From: Macrostomum lignano
Taxonomy: Eukaryota
Assembly (NCBI GenBank): GCA_002269645.1
Contig: NIVC01000553.1
Coordinates: 280,554 to 344,553 of the forward strand
DNA: 64,000 nucleotides
Reading direction: 5' to 3'
Shown here: piece by piece, positions 48,684 to 61,900 of the stretch
Layout of the letters: each line of letters starts with the position of its first letter
Numbering within the stretch: position 1 is the first letter of the stretch
Made by a program: the position numbers and the translations under genes
The notes under the pieces: generated by a model
Databases searched by the model: none
What the model saw: only the letters and a program-made list of their open reading frames with translations
Told to the model about the DNA's origin: nothing

Positions 48684-51600
48684 TGTTAGATCTAGGGATC
48701 CACTCTCTGTTAGATCTAGGGATCCACTCTCTGTTAGATCTAGGGATCCACTCTATTAGATCTAGGGATCCATTCTCTGTTAGATCTAGGGATCCACTCT
48801 ATTAGATCTAGGGATCCATTCTCTGTTAGATCTACGGATCTATTCTTTGTTAGATCTAGGGATCCACTCTATTAGATCTAGGGATCCATTCTCTGTTAGA
48901 TCTACGGATCTATTCTTTGTTAGATCTAGGGATCCACTCTATTAGATCTAGGGATCCATTCTCTATTAGATAGAGGGATCCACTCTCTGTTAGATCTAGG
49001 GATCCACTCTCTGTTAGATCTAGGGATCCATTCTCTGTTAGATCTAGGGATCCATTCTCTGTTAGATCTAGGGATCCATTCTCTGTTAGATCTAGGGATC
49101 CACTCTATTAGATCTAGGGATCCATTCTCTGTTAGATCTACGGATCTATTCTTTGTTAGATCTAGGGATCCACTCTATTAGATCTAGGGATCCATTCTCT
49201 GTTAGATCTACGGATCTATTCTTTGTTAGATCTAGGGATCCACTCTATTAGATCTAGGGATCCATTCTCTGTTAGATCTAGGGATCCACTCTATTAGATC
49301 TAGGGATCCATTCTCTGTTAGATCTAGGGATCCATTCTCTGTTAGATAGAGGGATCCATTCTCTATTAGATCTAGGGATCCATTCTCTATTAGATCTAGG
49401 GATCCATTCTCTATTAGATAGAGGGATCCATTCTCTATTAGATCTAGGGATCCATTCTCTATTAGATAGAGGGATCCATTCTCTATTAGATCTAGGGATC
49501 CATTCTCTATTAGATAGAGGGATCCATTCTCTATTAGATCTAGGGATCCATTCTCTATTAGATCTAGGGATCCATTCTCTATTAGATCTAGGGATCCATT
49601 CTCTATTAGATCTAGGGATCCATTCTCTATTAGATCTAGGGATCCATTCTCTATTAGATAGAGGGATCCATTCTCTATTAGATCTAGGGATCCATTCTCT
49701 ATTAGATAGAGGGATCCATTCTCTATTAGATCTAGGGATCCATTCTCTATTAGATCTAGGGATCCATTCTCTATTAGATCTAGGGATCCATTCTCTATTA
49801 GATAGAGGGATCCATTCTCTATTAGATCTAGGGATCCATTCTCTATTAGATCTAGGGATTCATTCTCTATTAGATAGAGGGATCCATTCTCTATTAGATC
49901 TAGGGATCCATTCTCTATTAGATAGAGGGATCCATTCTCTATTAGATAGAGGGATCCATTCTCTATTAGATAGAGGGATCCATTCTCTATTAGATCTAGG
50001 GATCCATTCTCTATTAGATAGAGGGATCCATTCTCTATTAGATAGAGGGATCCATTCTCTATTAGATCTAGGGATCCATTCTCTATTAGATAGAGGGATC
50101 CATTCTCTATTAGATCTAGGGATCCATTCTCTATTAGATAGAGGGATCCATTCTCTATTAGATCTAGGGATCCATTCTCTATTAGATCTAGGGATCCATT
50201 CTCTATTAGATCTAGGGATCCATTCTCTATTAGATAGAGGGATCCATTCTCTATTAGATCTAGGGATCCATTCTCTATTAGATCTAGGGATTCATTCTCT
50301 ATTAGATAGAGGGATCCATTCTCTATTAGATCTAGGGATCCATTCTCTGTTAGATCTAGGGATCCATTCTCTATTAGATAGAGGGATCCATTCTCTATTA
50401 GATAGAGGGATCCATTCTCTATTAGATCTAGGGATCCATTCTCTATTAGATCTAGGGATCCATTCTCTATTAGATAGAGGGATCCATTCTCTATTAGATC
50501 TAGGGATCCATTCTCTATTAGATAGAGGGATCTATTCTCTATTAGATAGAGGGATCCATTCTCTATTAGATCTAGGGATCCATTCTCTATTAGATCTAGG
50601 GATCCATTCTCTATTAGATAGAGGGATCCATTCTCTATTAGATCTAGGGATCCATTCTCTATTAGATCTAGGGATCCATTCTCTATTAGATCTAGGGATC
50701 CATTCTCTATTAGATCTAGGGATCCATTCTCTATTAGATCTAGGGATCCATTCTCTATTAGATAGAGGGATCCATTCTCTATTAGATAGAGGGATCCATT
50801 CTCTATTAGATAGAGGGATCCATTCTCTATTAGATCTAGGGATCCATTCTCTATTAGATAGAGGGATCCATTCTCTATTAGATCTAGGGATCCATTCTCT
50901 ATTAGATCTAGGGATCCATTCTCTATTAGATCTAGGGATCCATTCTCTATTAGATAGAGGGATCCATTCTCTATTAGATAGAGGGATCCATTCTCTATTA
51001 GATAGAGGGATCCATTCTCTATTAGATCTAGGGATCCATTCTCTATTAGATAGAGGGATCCATTCTCTATTAGATCTAGGGATCCATTCTCTATTAGATC
51101 TAGGGATCCATTCTCTATTAGATAGAGGGATCCATTCTCTATTAGATAGAGGGATCCATTCTCTATTAGATAGAGGGATCCATTCTCTATTAGATCTAGG
51201 GATCCATTCTCTATTAGATAGAGGGATCCATTCTCTATTAGATAGAGGGATCCATTCTCTATTAGATAGAGGGATCCATTCTCTATTAGATCTAGGGATC
51301 CATTCTCTATTAGATAGAGGGATCCATTCTCTATTAGATAGAGGGATCCATTCTCTATTAGATCTAGGGATCCATTCTCTATTAGATCTAGGGATCCATT
51401 CTCTATTAGATAGAGGGATCCATTCTCTATTAGATCTAGGGATCCATTCTCTATTAGATCTAGGGATCCATTCTCTATTAGATCTAGGGATCCATTCTCT
51501 ATTAGATAGAGGGATCCATTCTCTATTAGATAGAGGGATCCATTCTCTATTAGATCTAGGGATCCATTCTCTATTAGATAGAGGGATCCATTCTCTATTA

Positions 51601-54600
51601 GATCTAGGGATCCATTCTCTATTAGATAGAGGGATCCATTCTCTATTAGATAGAGGGATCCATTCTCTATTAGATAGAGGGATCATTCTCTATTAGATAG
51701 AGGGATCCATTCTCTATTAGATCTAGGGATCCATTCTCTATTAGATAGAGGGATCCATTCTCTATTAGATCTAGGGATCCATTCTCTATTAGATAGAGGG
51801 ATCCATTCTCTATTAGATCTAGGGATCCATTCTCTATTAGATCTAGGGATCCATTCTCTATTAGATAGAGGGATCCATTCTCTATTAGATAGAGGGATCC
51901 ATTCTCTATTAGATAGAGGGATCCATTCTCTGTTAGATCTAGGGATCCATTCTCTATTAGATAGAGGGATCCATTCTCTATTAGATCTAGGGATCCATTC
52001 TCTATTAGATCTAGGGATCCATTCTCTATTAGATAGAGGGATCCATTCTCTATTAGATAGAGGGATCCATTCTCTATTAGATCTAGGGATCCATTCTCTA
52101 TTAGATCTAGGGATCCATTCTCTATTAGATCTAGGGATCCATTCTCTATTAGATAGAGGGATCCATTCTCTATTAGATAGAGGGATCCATTCTCTATTAG
52201 ATAGAGGGATCCATTCTCTATTAGATAGAGGGATCCATTCTCTATTAGATCTAGGGATCCATTCTCTATTAGATCTAGGGATCCATTCTCTATTAGATCT
52301 AGGGATCCATTCTCTATTAGATCTAGGGATCCATTCTCTATTAGATAGAGGGATCCATTCTCTATTAGATAGAGGGATCCATTCTCTATTAGATCTAGGG
52401 ATCCATTCTCTATTAGATAGAGGGATCCATTCTCTATTAGATCTAGGGATCCATTCTCTATTAGATCTAGGGATCCATTCTCTATTAGATAGAGGGATCC
52501 ATTCTCTATTAGATAGAGGGATCCATTCTCTATTAGATCTAGGGATCCATTCTCTATTAGATCTAGGGATCCATTCTCTATTAGATAGAGGGATCCATTC
52601 TCTATTAGATAGAGGGATCCATTCTCTATTAGATCTAGGGATCCATTCTCTATTAGATAGAGGGATCCATTCTCTATTAGATAGAGGGATCCATTCTCTA
52701 TTAGATCTAGGGATCCATTCTCTATTAGATAGAGGGATCCATTCTCTATTAGATAGAGGGATCCATTCTCTATTAGATAGAGGGATCCATTCTCTATTAG
52801 ATCTAGGGATCCATTCTCTATTAGATAGAGGGATCCATTCTCTATTAGATAGAGGGATCCATTCTCTATTAGATCTAGGGATCCATTCTCTATTAGATAG
52901 AGGATCCATTCTCTATTAGATAGAGGGATCCATTCTCTATTAGATAGAGGGATCCATTCTCTATTAGATCTAGGGATCCATTCTCTATTAGATCTAGGGA
53001 TCCATTCTCTATTAGATCTAGGGATCCATTCTCTATTAGATAGAGGGATCCATTCTCTATTAGATCTAGGGATCCATTCTCTATTAGATCTAGGGATCCA
53101 TTCTCTATTAGATAGAGGGATCCATTCTCTATTAGATAGAGGGATCCATTCTCTATTAGATAGAGGGATCCATTCTCTATTAGATCTAGGGATCCATTCT
53201 CTATTAGATAGAGGATCCATTCTCTATTAGATCTAGGGATCCATTCTCTATTAGATCTAGGGATCCATTCTCTATTAGATCTAGGGATCCATTCTCTATT
53301 AGATCTAGGGATCCATTCTCTATTAGATCTAGGGATCCATTCTCTATTAGATAGAGGGATCCATTCTCTATTAGATAGAGGGATCCATTCTCTATTAGAT
53401 AGAGGGATCCATTCTCTATTAGATCTAGGGATCCATTCTCTATTAGATAGAGGGATCCATTCTCTATTAGATAGAGGGATCCATTCTCTATTAGATAGAG
53501 GGATCCATTCTCTATTAGATAGAGGGATCCATTCTCTATTAGATAGAGGGATCCATTCTCTATTAGATAGAGGGATCCATTCTCTATTAGATCTAGGGAT
53601 CCATTCTCTATTAGATAGAGGGATCCATTCTCTATTAGATAGAGGGATCCATTCTCTATTAGATAGAGGGATCCATTCTCTATTAGATAGAGGGATCCAT
53701 TCTCTATTAGATCTAGGGATCCATTCTCTATTAGATAGAGGGATCCATTCTCTATTAGATAGAGGGATCCATTCTCTATTAGATCTAGGGATCCATTCTC
53801 TATTAGATCTAGGGATCCATTCTCTATTAGATCTAGGGATCCATTCTCTATTAGATAGAGGGATCCATTCTCTATTAGATAGAGGGATCCATTCTCTATT
53901 AGATAGAGGATCCATTCTCTATTAGATCTAGGGATCCATTCTCTATTAGATAGAGGGATCCATTCTCTATTAGATCTAGGGATCCATTCTCTATTAGATA
54001 GAGGGATCCATTCTCTATTAGATAGAGGGATCCATTCTCTATTAGATAGAGGGATCCATTCTCTATTAGATAGAGGGATCCATTCTCTATTAGATAGAGG
54101 GATCCATTCTCTATTAGATCTAGGGATCCATTCTCTATTAGATCTAGGGATCCATTCTCTATTAGATAGAGGATCCATTCTCTATTAGATCTAGGGATCC
54201 ATTCTCTATTAGATAGAGGGATCCATTCTCTATTAGATCTAGGGATCCATTCTCTATTAGATAGAGGGATCCATTCTCTATTAGATAGAGGGATCCATTC
54301 TCTATTAGATCTAGGGATCCATTCTCTATTAGATAGAGGGATCCATTCTCTATTAGATCTAGGGATCCATTCTCTATTAGATAGAGGGATCCATTCTCTA
54401 TTAGATAGAGGGATCCATTCTCTATTAGATAGAGGGATCCATTCTCTATTAGATAGAGGGATCCATTCTCTATTAGATAGAGGGATCCATTCTCTATTAG
54501 ATCTAGGGATCCATTCTCTATTAGATAGAGGGATCCATTCTCTATTAGATAGAGGGATCCATTCTCTATTAGATAGAGGGATCCATTCTCTATTAGATAG

Positions 54601-55320
54601 AGGGATCCATTCTCTATTAGATCTAGGGATCCATTCTCTATTAGATCTAGGGATCCATTCTCTATTAGATAGAGGGATCCATTCTCTATTAGATCTAGGG
54701 ATCCATTCTCTATTAGATAGAGGGATCCATTCTCTATTAGATAGAGGGATCCATTCTCTATTAGATAGAGGGATCCATTCTCTATTAGATCTAGGGATCC
54801 ATTCTCTATTAGATCTAGGGATCCATTCTCTATTAGATAGAGGATCCATTCTCTATTAGATCTAGGGATCCATTCTCTATTAGATAGAGGGATCCATTCT
54901 CTATTAGATCTAGGGATCCATTCTCTATTAGATAGAGGGATCCATTCTCTATTAGATAGAGGGATCCATTCTCTATTAGATCTAGGGATCCATTCTCTAT
55001 TAGATCTAGGGATCCATTCTCTATTAGATCTAGGGATCCATTCTCTATTAGATCTAGGGATCCATTCTCTATTAGATAGAGGGATCCATTCTCTATTAGA
55101 TCTAGGGATCCATTCTCTATTAGATAGAGGGATCCATTCTCTATTAGATCTAGGGATCCACTCTCTATTAGATGCAGGGATCCATTCCCTATTACATCTA
55201 GGGATCAAATCTCTATTAGATGCGAGGATCCAATATCTATTAGATCTAGGAATACATTCTCTATTAGATCTAGGAATACATTCTCTATTTGATCTTGAGA
55301 TCCAATCTCTATTTGATTTA
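48684..55320. repeat. 24-bp two-variant satellite GGGATCCATTCTCTATTAGAT(CT/AG)A (~275 units)
   Basis: 8-codon periodicity; homogeneous core with degenerate edges; fills nearly all of the 6.9-kb intron 2. Confidence 0.98.
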
Positions 55321-55421
55321 AGAGTACTTTTAGGGGTAGTCAGGTCTAAGAGATCCATCCAACATGCAGTCATCTGAATCATAAAAAATAGAAAAGGGAA
55401 TTCACAACATTGAGCACTAAC

Positions 55422-55615
55422 CCAGGGCTTCATCGAGAACAGGCCTCGATGACTGACAACGTAAACCTCCTGATCTTCCCACTGTCCATCGTCGTCCTCT
55501 TTAAATCGGAGTGTCTCCAACGGTGGAAACGGCACGGCGTAGTAGTTCTCGGCGGCAGAGCAGACCCGGTGGAAGATGCGATAGCCGTGGCGGCGGTTTC
55601 GACTATTGGAGGGCT
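55422..55615 (-). CDS. Orphan gene exon 2
   Basis: Acceptor CCACAG|AG (phase 1), donor TGG|GTTAGT (phase 0); encodes EPSNSRNRRHGYRIFHRVCSAAENYYAVPFPPLETLRFKEDDDGQWEDQEVYVVSHRGLFSMKPW. Confidence 0.65.
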
Positions 55616-55644
55616 CTGTGGTACGGGACGACAGGCACTTGTGA

Positions 55645-55815
55645 AGCAATGTACATTATAGGGCAGAGAGGGTGGCTGAGCAATGTACATTCTAGGGCAG
55701 AGAGGGTGGCTGAGCAATGTACATTTTAGGGCAGAAAGGGTTGGCTGGGCAATGTACATTCTAGGACAGAAGTGGTGGCTGAGCAATGTACATTCTAGGG
55801 GCAGATGTACAGTGT
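55645..55815. repeat. ~34-bp repeat GCAATGTACATTCTAGGGCAGAGAGGGTGGCTGA (~5 units) in intron 1
   Basis: Direct inspection. Confidence 0.85.
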
Positions 55816-56060
55816 GTAGAACTGGTGAATGAGCAATGTACAGTCTAAAGCGGAAGTGTAGACTAAACATAGTGCATTAGGGAGGAAGGTTTGGCTGAGC
55901 TAAGCAAAAGCTACGAGTAGATTAAAACAAAATTCAGGGTCTCGAAACTCTTAAAATTGATTGAGATTTTTCGGACAAGATGAAGCTTTTCGTTAAGTAT
56001 CTCAAGTACGAGCGTACTACGTATTAGCTCGGAAAACTACAACAAAAACAGCCATTTTAC

Positions 56061-56097
56061 CTGTCGCAAGCGGCTGCTGGGGCAGATTCGGTTGCTC

Positions 56098-56143
<46 letters not shown>

Positions 56144-56271
56144 AAAGCTGATGGAGGCTGCTGCGAAGAGTTCTGCTGCAGCGAGTTTGAAGAGCTGGCT
56201 GCGACTGTAGCTGGGTTTGTTGGCTGCTGAGACGACTGAGGCAGCGGCGGTGGAGGTGGTGGTGGCTGCTC

Positions 56272-56302
<31 letters not shown>

Positions 56303-57267
56303 AAAACCGATTGCGGTTCCGACAAAGACGAAGGCTGAAATGACGCGGAGTTGCCCGTCATGGTCTGCTGGGACACGGTTTGGCTGGTTCCCTGAGATGC
56401 TTGCTGCTCAGCTGTAGCCGTTGCCGGCAGCTGCGTTTTCAAACTGTCGCTCAGCGACTGCAAAATTCGTCGAATGTTTGTCTCGTCTCGAGTGGCGTGG
56501 ATCTGCATGCCAACGTCGCTGGACTGGACCGTCGGCTGCTTTGCGGCTGCGGACGCGTCTTTGGGCTCGTTTTCTTTCGTCTTGCTTTGCACCTGCCAAT
56601 CGTCCGCGTTCGTGGCGCCGTCGTCGTCCTCGAGCATAGCCAGAACAAGACGCTTCTTGTGCCTCCGCCGGCTGGCAACGTAGGGACTCTTGGTTCGCTG
56701 CTGCTTCTGCGAGCTGGGCATCGTCGCTGTGGCGGTGCCGGCGTCCTGAGTAGCGCCGTCTCCACCGCGGAACAATTTCTGCCAGAACGAGTCCTTAGAC
56801 TGGCTCTGACGATCGTCTGGAATCGGAGTCGCCGAGGAGAACTGCTTTTTCTGCTTCTGCTGAGTCAGTAGGCTTTTCTTCTGTTTCTGCTTTCGACGGG
56901 GAGGCTCGATTGTCGCCGTGTCATTGTCGTTGTCTTCTTCTCCTTCGCCATTGTCTGTTTCATCTTTTTCTTCGTCAGTTGTGGCCTCTTCAATCTTAGC
57001 CTGCTTACCGCGCCTTCCAGACCTTTTGTTCTTGGACTTTCCAGTCGATTTGTTCTCCAACTCGGAGAAGCCGTCGTCCTCGTCTTCCTCGTCCTCCGAA
57101 GTCGGCTCTGTGCAGCTGAACAGCTGACGCCAGATGCTGCCGCCGCTGGCGCTGTTGCGGCCGCTGCTGGCGATGCTGCCGCTGGCGCTGTGCATCTGCC
57201 TGCGCTTGGCCTGCAGCCTGCGCTGCTGCTTCTTCTTTGCTGTCAGCTGCTGCCCACTTGTTGGCAT
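56061..57267 (-). CDS. Orphan gene first large coding exon (acidic/basic, poly-Gln, poly-Pro); 706-aa model
   Basis: Long GC-rich ORF ending at donor ACAG|GTAAAA (phase 1); four exons 1207+194+410+310 = 2121 nt join in frame. An in-frame acceptor at 57324 leaves the true 5' end uncertain. Confidence 0.75.
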
Positions 57268-57569
57268 GACCGGTGTTGTTAGCTGTTCTCTCGAGACTGG
57301 CTCTTTCCCAGTGAGCTGAGAGGCCTGTTGCTAACTAGCACTTGATATGTTAATTGGATCGTATTTTTTAGAGTTTTCTTACAACTGCCTGCTCTAACGA
57401 ATAGTCCATGATGTCATGCAGTGGACTGGGGTCAACTCTTGTCCCAGCAAGGCAGAGAAGTTTTGTCTATGGTCCGGCCTATTCAGACAGAGCTGCGCCT
57501 GAAAGTAGTTTGTCATAGGATTCTTGCTTCTTTATATGATTTTTTATTAAAGCCTATTGTACTGATAAG

Positions 57570-58565
57570 AGAGACAGAGTAGCGGTGTCCAGATGGAGGA
57601 TCAGAGAGACAGAGTAGCGGTGTCAAGATGAAGGATCAGAGAGAGGGTAGCGGTGTCAAGATGAAGGATCAGAGAGAGGGTAGCGGTGTCAAGATGAAGG
57701 ATCAGAGAGAGGGTAGCGGTGTCAAGATGAAGGATCAGAGAGAGGGTAGCGGTGTCCAGATGAAGGATCAGAGAGAGGGTAGCGGTGTCCAGATGAAGGA
57801 TCAGAGAGAGAGGGTAGCGGTGTCCAGATGAAGGATCAGAGAGAGAGGGTAGCGGTGTCCAGATGAAGGATCAGAGAGGGTAGCGGTGTCCAGATGAAGG
57901 ATCAGAGAGAGGGTAGCGGTGTCCAGATGAAGGATCAGAGAGAGGGTAGCGGTGTCCAGATGAAGGATCAGAGAGAGGGTAGCGGTGTCCAGATGAAGGA
58001 TCAGAGAGAGGGTAGCGGTGTCCAGATGAAGGATCAGAGAGAGGGTAGCGGTGTCCAGATGAAGGATCAGAGAGAGGGTAGCGGTGTCCAGATGAAGGAT
58101 CAGAGAGAGGGTAGCGGTGTCCAGATGAAGGATCAGAGAGAGGGTAGCGGTGTCAAGATGAAGGATCAGAGAGAGGGTAGCGGTGTCCAGATGAAGGATC
58201 AGAGAGAGGGTAGCGGTGTCCAGATGAAGGATCAGAGAGAGGGTAGCGGTGTCCAGATGAAGGATCAGAGAGAGGGTAGCGGTGTCCAGATGAAGGATCA
58301 GAAAGAGGGTAGCGGTGTCCAGATGAAGGATCAGAAAGAGGGTAGCGGTGTCCAGATGAAGGATCAGAAAGAGGGTAGCGGTGTCCAGATGGAGGATCAG
58401 AGAGACAGAGTAGCGGTGTCCAGATGAAGGATCAGAGAGAGGGTAGCGGTGTCCAGATGAAGGATCAGAGAGAGGGTAGCGGTGTCCAGATGAAGGATCA
58501 GAGAGAGGGTAGCGGTGTCCAGATGAAGGATCAGAGAGAGAGGGTAGCGGTGTCCAGATGAAGGA
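57570..58565. repeat. 33-bp minisatellite GTAGCGGTGTCCAGATGAAGGATCAGAGAGAGG (~30 units)
   Basis: 11-codon periodicity (MKDQREGSGVQ). Confidence 0.95.
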
Positions 58566-58982
58566 TCGTTGAGGCAGAGGCGAGGGAGTAAATGAGAAAA
58601 TGCTATTGTGAAGTTTCAAAGGACCGGAGGGCCAAAATGAGAAGGCCAAACCTGGCATAAATAAAAAACACAATGAAACAATTCTGCAATTCATGCCATG
58701 CTCATTTTAGCAAAAGTGTACCCATTGCAAGCATATGGCTGTTCTATGTTTTTGAGTGGTGGATTTAAAAGTATTAAGCTGGGTAGTTGTCGGAAAAACG
58801 AAAGTAACCTGTGCTCTTTTAACATTTTACAGAATGCCGAAAATGCTAGAATGCTTTGTTTTGAAGCTGACTTTGACTTACTTGACTTAGCTGCAGGGCG
58901 GTCCGAAGACGCAGCGGGGAGGCGAGCGTCGCCCATTCCGCTAATCCCTGAAAGACCCGCATAGGCTAGGGCGCGGGGCCGG

Positions 58983-61900
58983 TCAGGGAGGTCTGCCGGT
59001 CCTGTCTGCAGCGTTGTCTTCGGTGGGGAAGACGGAGGCTCGCTTGGTGGCCCGGAGGAACCGGATGAGCCGTGGGATGTTCTCGGGCCGGCAAACGTCG
59101 TCCAGGGACGGGTTGGGCCCGAGGTGGTTGAGCCGGTCTCGGTTGAAGGCCGGGCAGTAGCAGACGAAGTGCATGGCATCTTCATTCTCGAGGCTGCAGA
59201 AGGGGCAGAGTTCACTCCGGCGAACACATCGGAGGAAGCAGTGCCTGGCAAAGCAACCGTGACCTGTGAAGGTCATAGTGAGAGCGCGGATATCTTTTCG
59301 ATTTTGATTCAAAAGGATTCTCCGCAGCTTGAGGGACGGATTGGGCACTGCCGCACGAGATTGGCGGCAGTTGGAGATACCATCCCATCTGCGCAAGTGC
59401 AGGATGTCCGCCCAGTCGTTAATCTGACGATTAATGACTGTGGCGGGGATGGGGGCCAGGGGCACGGGGCCAAGGGGCGAGCCGGAACAGCCCGCCTTAG
59501 CGAGGGAGTCGGCGAGCTCGTTACCTTTGAAGCCGGCGTGTCCTGGGATCCACGTGAGCCGGACGGTGTTCCTCCGAGCCAGCTTGTTGAGCTGCCCGAT
59601 ACAGTCGCGGACTGTTCGGGAGTTCGTAGTGGTGTGACACAGGGCCTGTAAAGCGGCCTGGCTGTCAGAGTGGAAGAAGATTCTTCTGTCCTTGAAGTCC
59701 TTGCGGTGGAGCTCAGCTGCACAGGAGCTGATGGCAAGGACTTCATTCTGGAAGACGCTGGAGAGTCTGCCAGTGTGTTGGGCGTGAGTAGCAATCACGC
59801 GGCCGTTGATAAGGATGCAGACTCCAAAGCCGGATAAACCGTCTTTGGAGGATCCGTCAGTGAAGCAGTGAACCTCCTGAGGGGCCCAGCTGTCGTTGGC
59901 GTTCTCCCTGGAGGGGATCGTGACCTTGAAGCGTTGGTAGAGGTTGAGGGAGCGCGGTTCAGCGTCCGAAAGGACAGCCGCACTCCCACTCTCCTCCAGA
60001 ACTTTAAGGCACAGGTCAGAGTGCGGCAGGAGCTTGCGCTTCGCCATCGCTCTTTGTGGCTTGAAGCTAACACCAGCCTCGATGAGCCGGCGGGTAGTTT
60101 TAGCAGCCTCGCGACGGACAAAGATGTCCAGAGGCGGGAGGCAGAGAAAGGCGTTGAGGCCGTCAAAGGGAGCAGAGAGCGGGGCATTCAGGATCATGCG
60201 GCACGCACGTCCCTGCACCTTTTTGAGGGCTTCGTGGCAGGTTTTAATCTGCAAGGCGCTGGTCCAGACCAGGCCGGCGTATGTAACGGCCGGTCGGACC
60301 ATTGCGGTATAGATCCACCAGAGACGCTTTGGGGTGAGGCCCCAGGTGGTGCCGACGGCTCTGCGCAGCTGCGCAAGAATCGCGAGGGCTTTTTTGGTTT
60401 TGGCCTGGACGTGGGTGGACCAGCTCAGCCGGTGGTCCAGCGTAACGCCGAGACACTTGGTTTGCTTGCAGGATGGAATTTCCACCCCGTAAAGCTTTAG
60501 TGGGCGAATACGCCAGTTTACCCTGCTGGTGAACATGATCGCGACAGTTTTGGTCTCGGAGAGCCTGAGGCCGCACCTGTCCGCCCAACGTTCAGCAGAG
60601 CGAATGAAGTTTTGCAAAAGATCTCTAAGGGTTTCAGGTGACGGTCCGGATGCCACGGCTGTGACATCATCGGCGTAACCGACCTTGAGGATGGGGTCAA
60701 GATGGCTGTCCTGGAGGAGCTCATCGATGACCATGTTCCAGAGAACTGGAGAGAGGACACCGCCCTGGGGGCTGCCTTTGCAGACGGTTACCGTCCGTTG
60801 GTGGCCCAACAGGTGTGCGGTGGCAGTACGGTGGCTGATCATATACATGATCCACCGGGTGAGGTGCGAGTGGGTTCCTCTAGCACGTAGAGCTCTGTCA
60901 AAGGCCTCAAAGAGGACATTATCGAAGGCTCCAACAATGTCGAGGAAGACAGCGAGAGCGTAGCCATTACCAAGAACGGCTTTCTCCAGCATGTCAACCA
61001 GAACGTGAAGCGCGCTCTCCGTGGACCTGCCTGCCCGAAAGGCATGCTGGTTCTCACTGAGCGGCTTGTTCTTCAGTTCCACAGAGAGGAGGCGCCAGAG
61101 CACCAGTCTCTCTAACAGCTTCACCAATGAGGAGGTGAGGCTAATTGGTCTGAAGGATTTAATGGACCGGTAGTCCGGTCGGCCAGGCTTGGGGATAAAG
61201 ACCACCTTGGCCTCGGTCCAGGATTTCGGAACAAAGCCGAGCACAATGCAGGCTTTCAGAAGCCGGCAAAGGTTCCGCAGGAAACCGGTGCATTTCACCG
61301 CCTCCCGCAGGAAGGCTGGCACAACGCCGTCCGGTCCTGGGGATTTGAAGGGTTTGAAGGAGGAGACAGCTTTAGTAACGCGGTCCTCCGTGATGATTGA
61401 GTCAGCCAGTACGTGTCCGCCCACTGAGTGGTCAGGGGGGCCGGGCCTAGCTGGCTCGTTCGGGAAAAACGCTGTTAGCATCGCTTCCAGTGTTTCTCCT
61501 GGGTTCTCAGTGAGCGAGCCGTCGGCTCTCTTGACTGAGGAGAGTTTGGACATTTTGTCCAGGGTGAGGGCTTTAACGATTCTGGAGGTGGGGCGGGAGC
61601 CCTCAAGTTCCTCACAGTATTCGCGCCACTTGTTGGTTTTGGCGTTCCTAACCTGCCTCTTGAACTCGTGGATAGAGTTCAGGTAGGCGGTTTGGTCGGC
61701 CGGGTTTTTAGTTTTTTGGGCCCTGCGGTGAAGCCTTTTGGCTCTGCGACGGAGGTCGCCAAGCTGCGGGTTCCACCATGGGGCCGACTGTTTGCCTTTA
61801 TATGCCTTTAGTGGGCATGAGGCTTCGAAGGCAGCAGTGAGCGAGTCCGTAAGTGCGGCCGCAAATTCATCTGCTTCTTCGCAGGTGTTGATGGAGACTG

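Noticed and set aside
48684-55320. CRISPR-like or other repeat-spacer array
   Set aside because: No unique spacers in this or any other array; eukaryotic context; no cas genes.
50532-55400. Long minus-strand ORFs (SNREWIPR / LIENGS repeats)
   Set aside because: Translations of the 24-bp intronic satellite that switch frame at 23-bp variants.
58931-58945. HDV-like ribozyme suggested by GCGGAATGGG (minus strand)
   Set aside because: The nested double pseudoknot could not be formed, and the motif is at the 3' rather than the 5' end.
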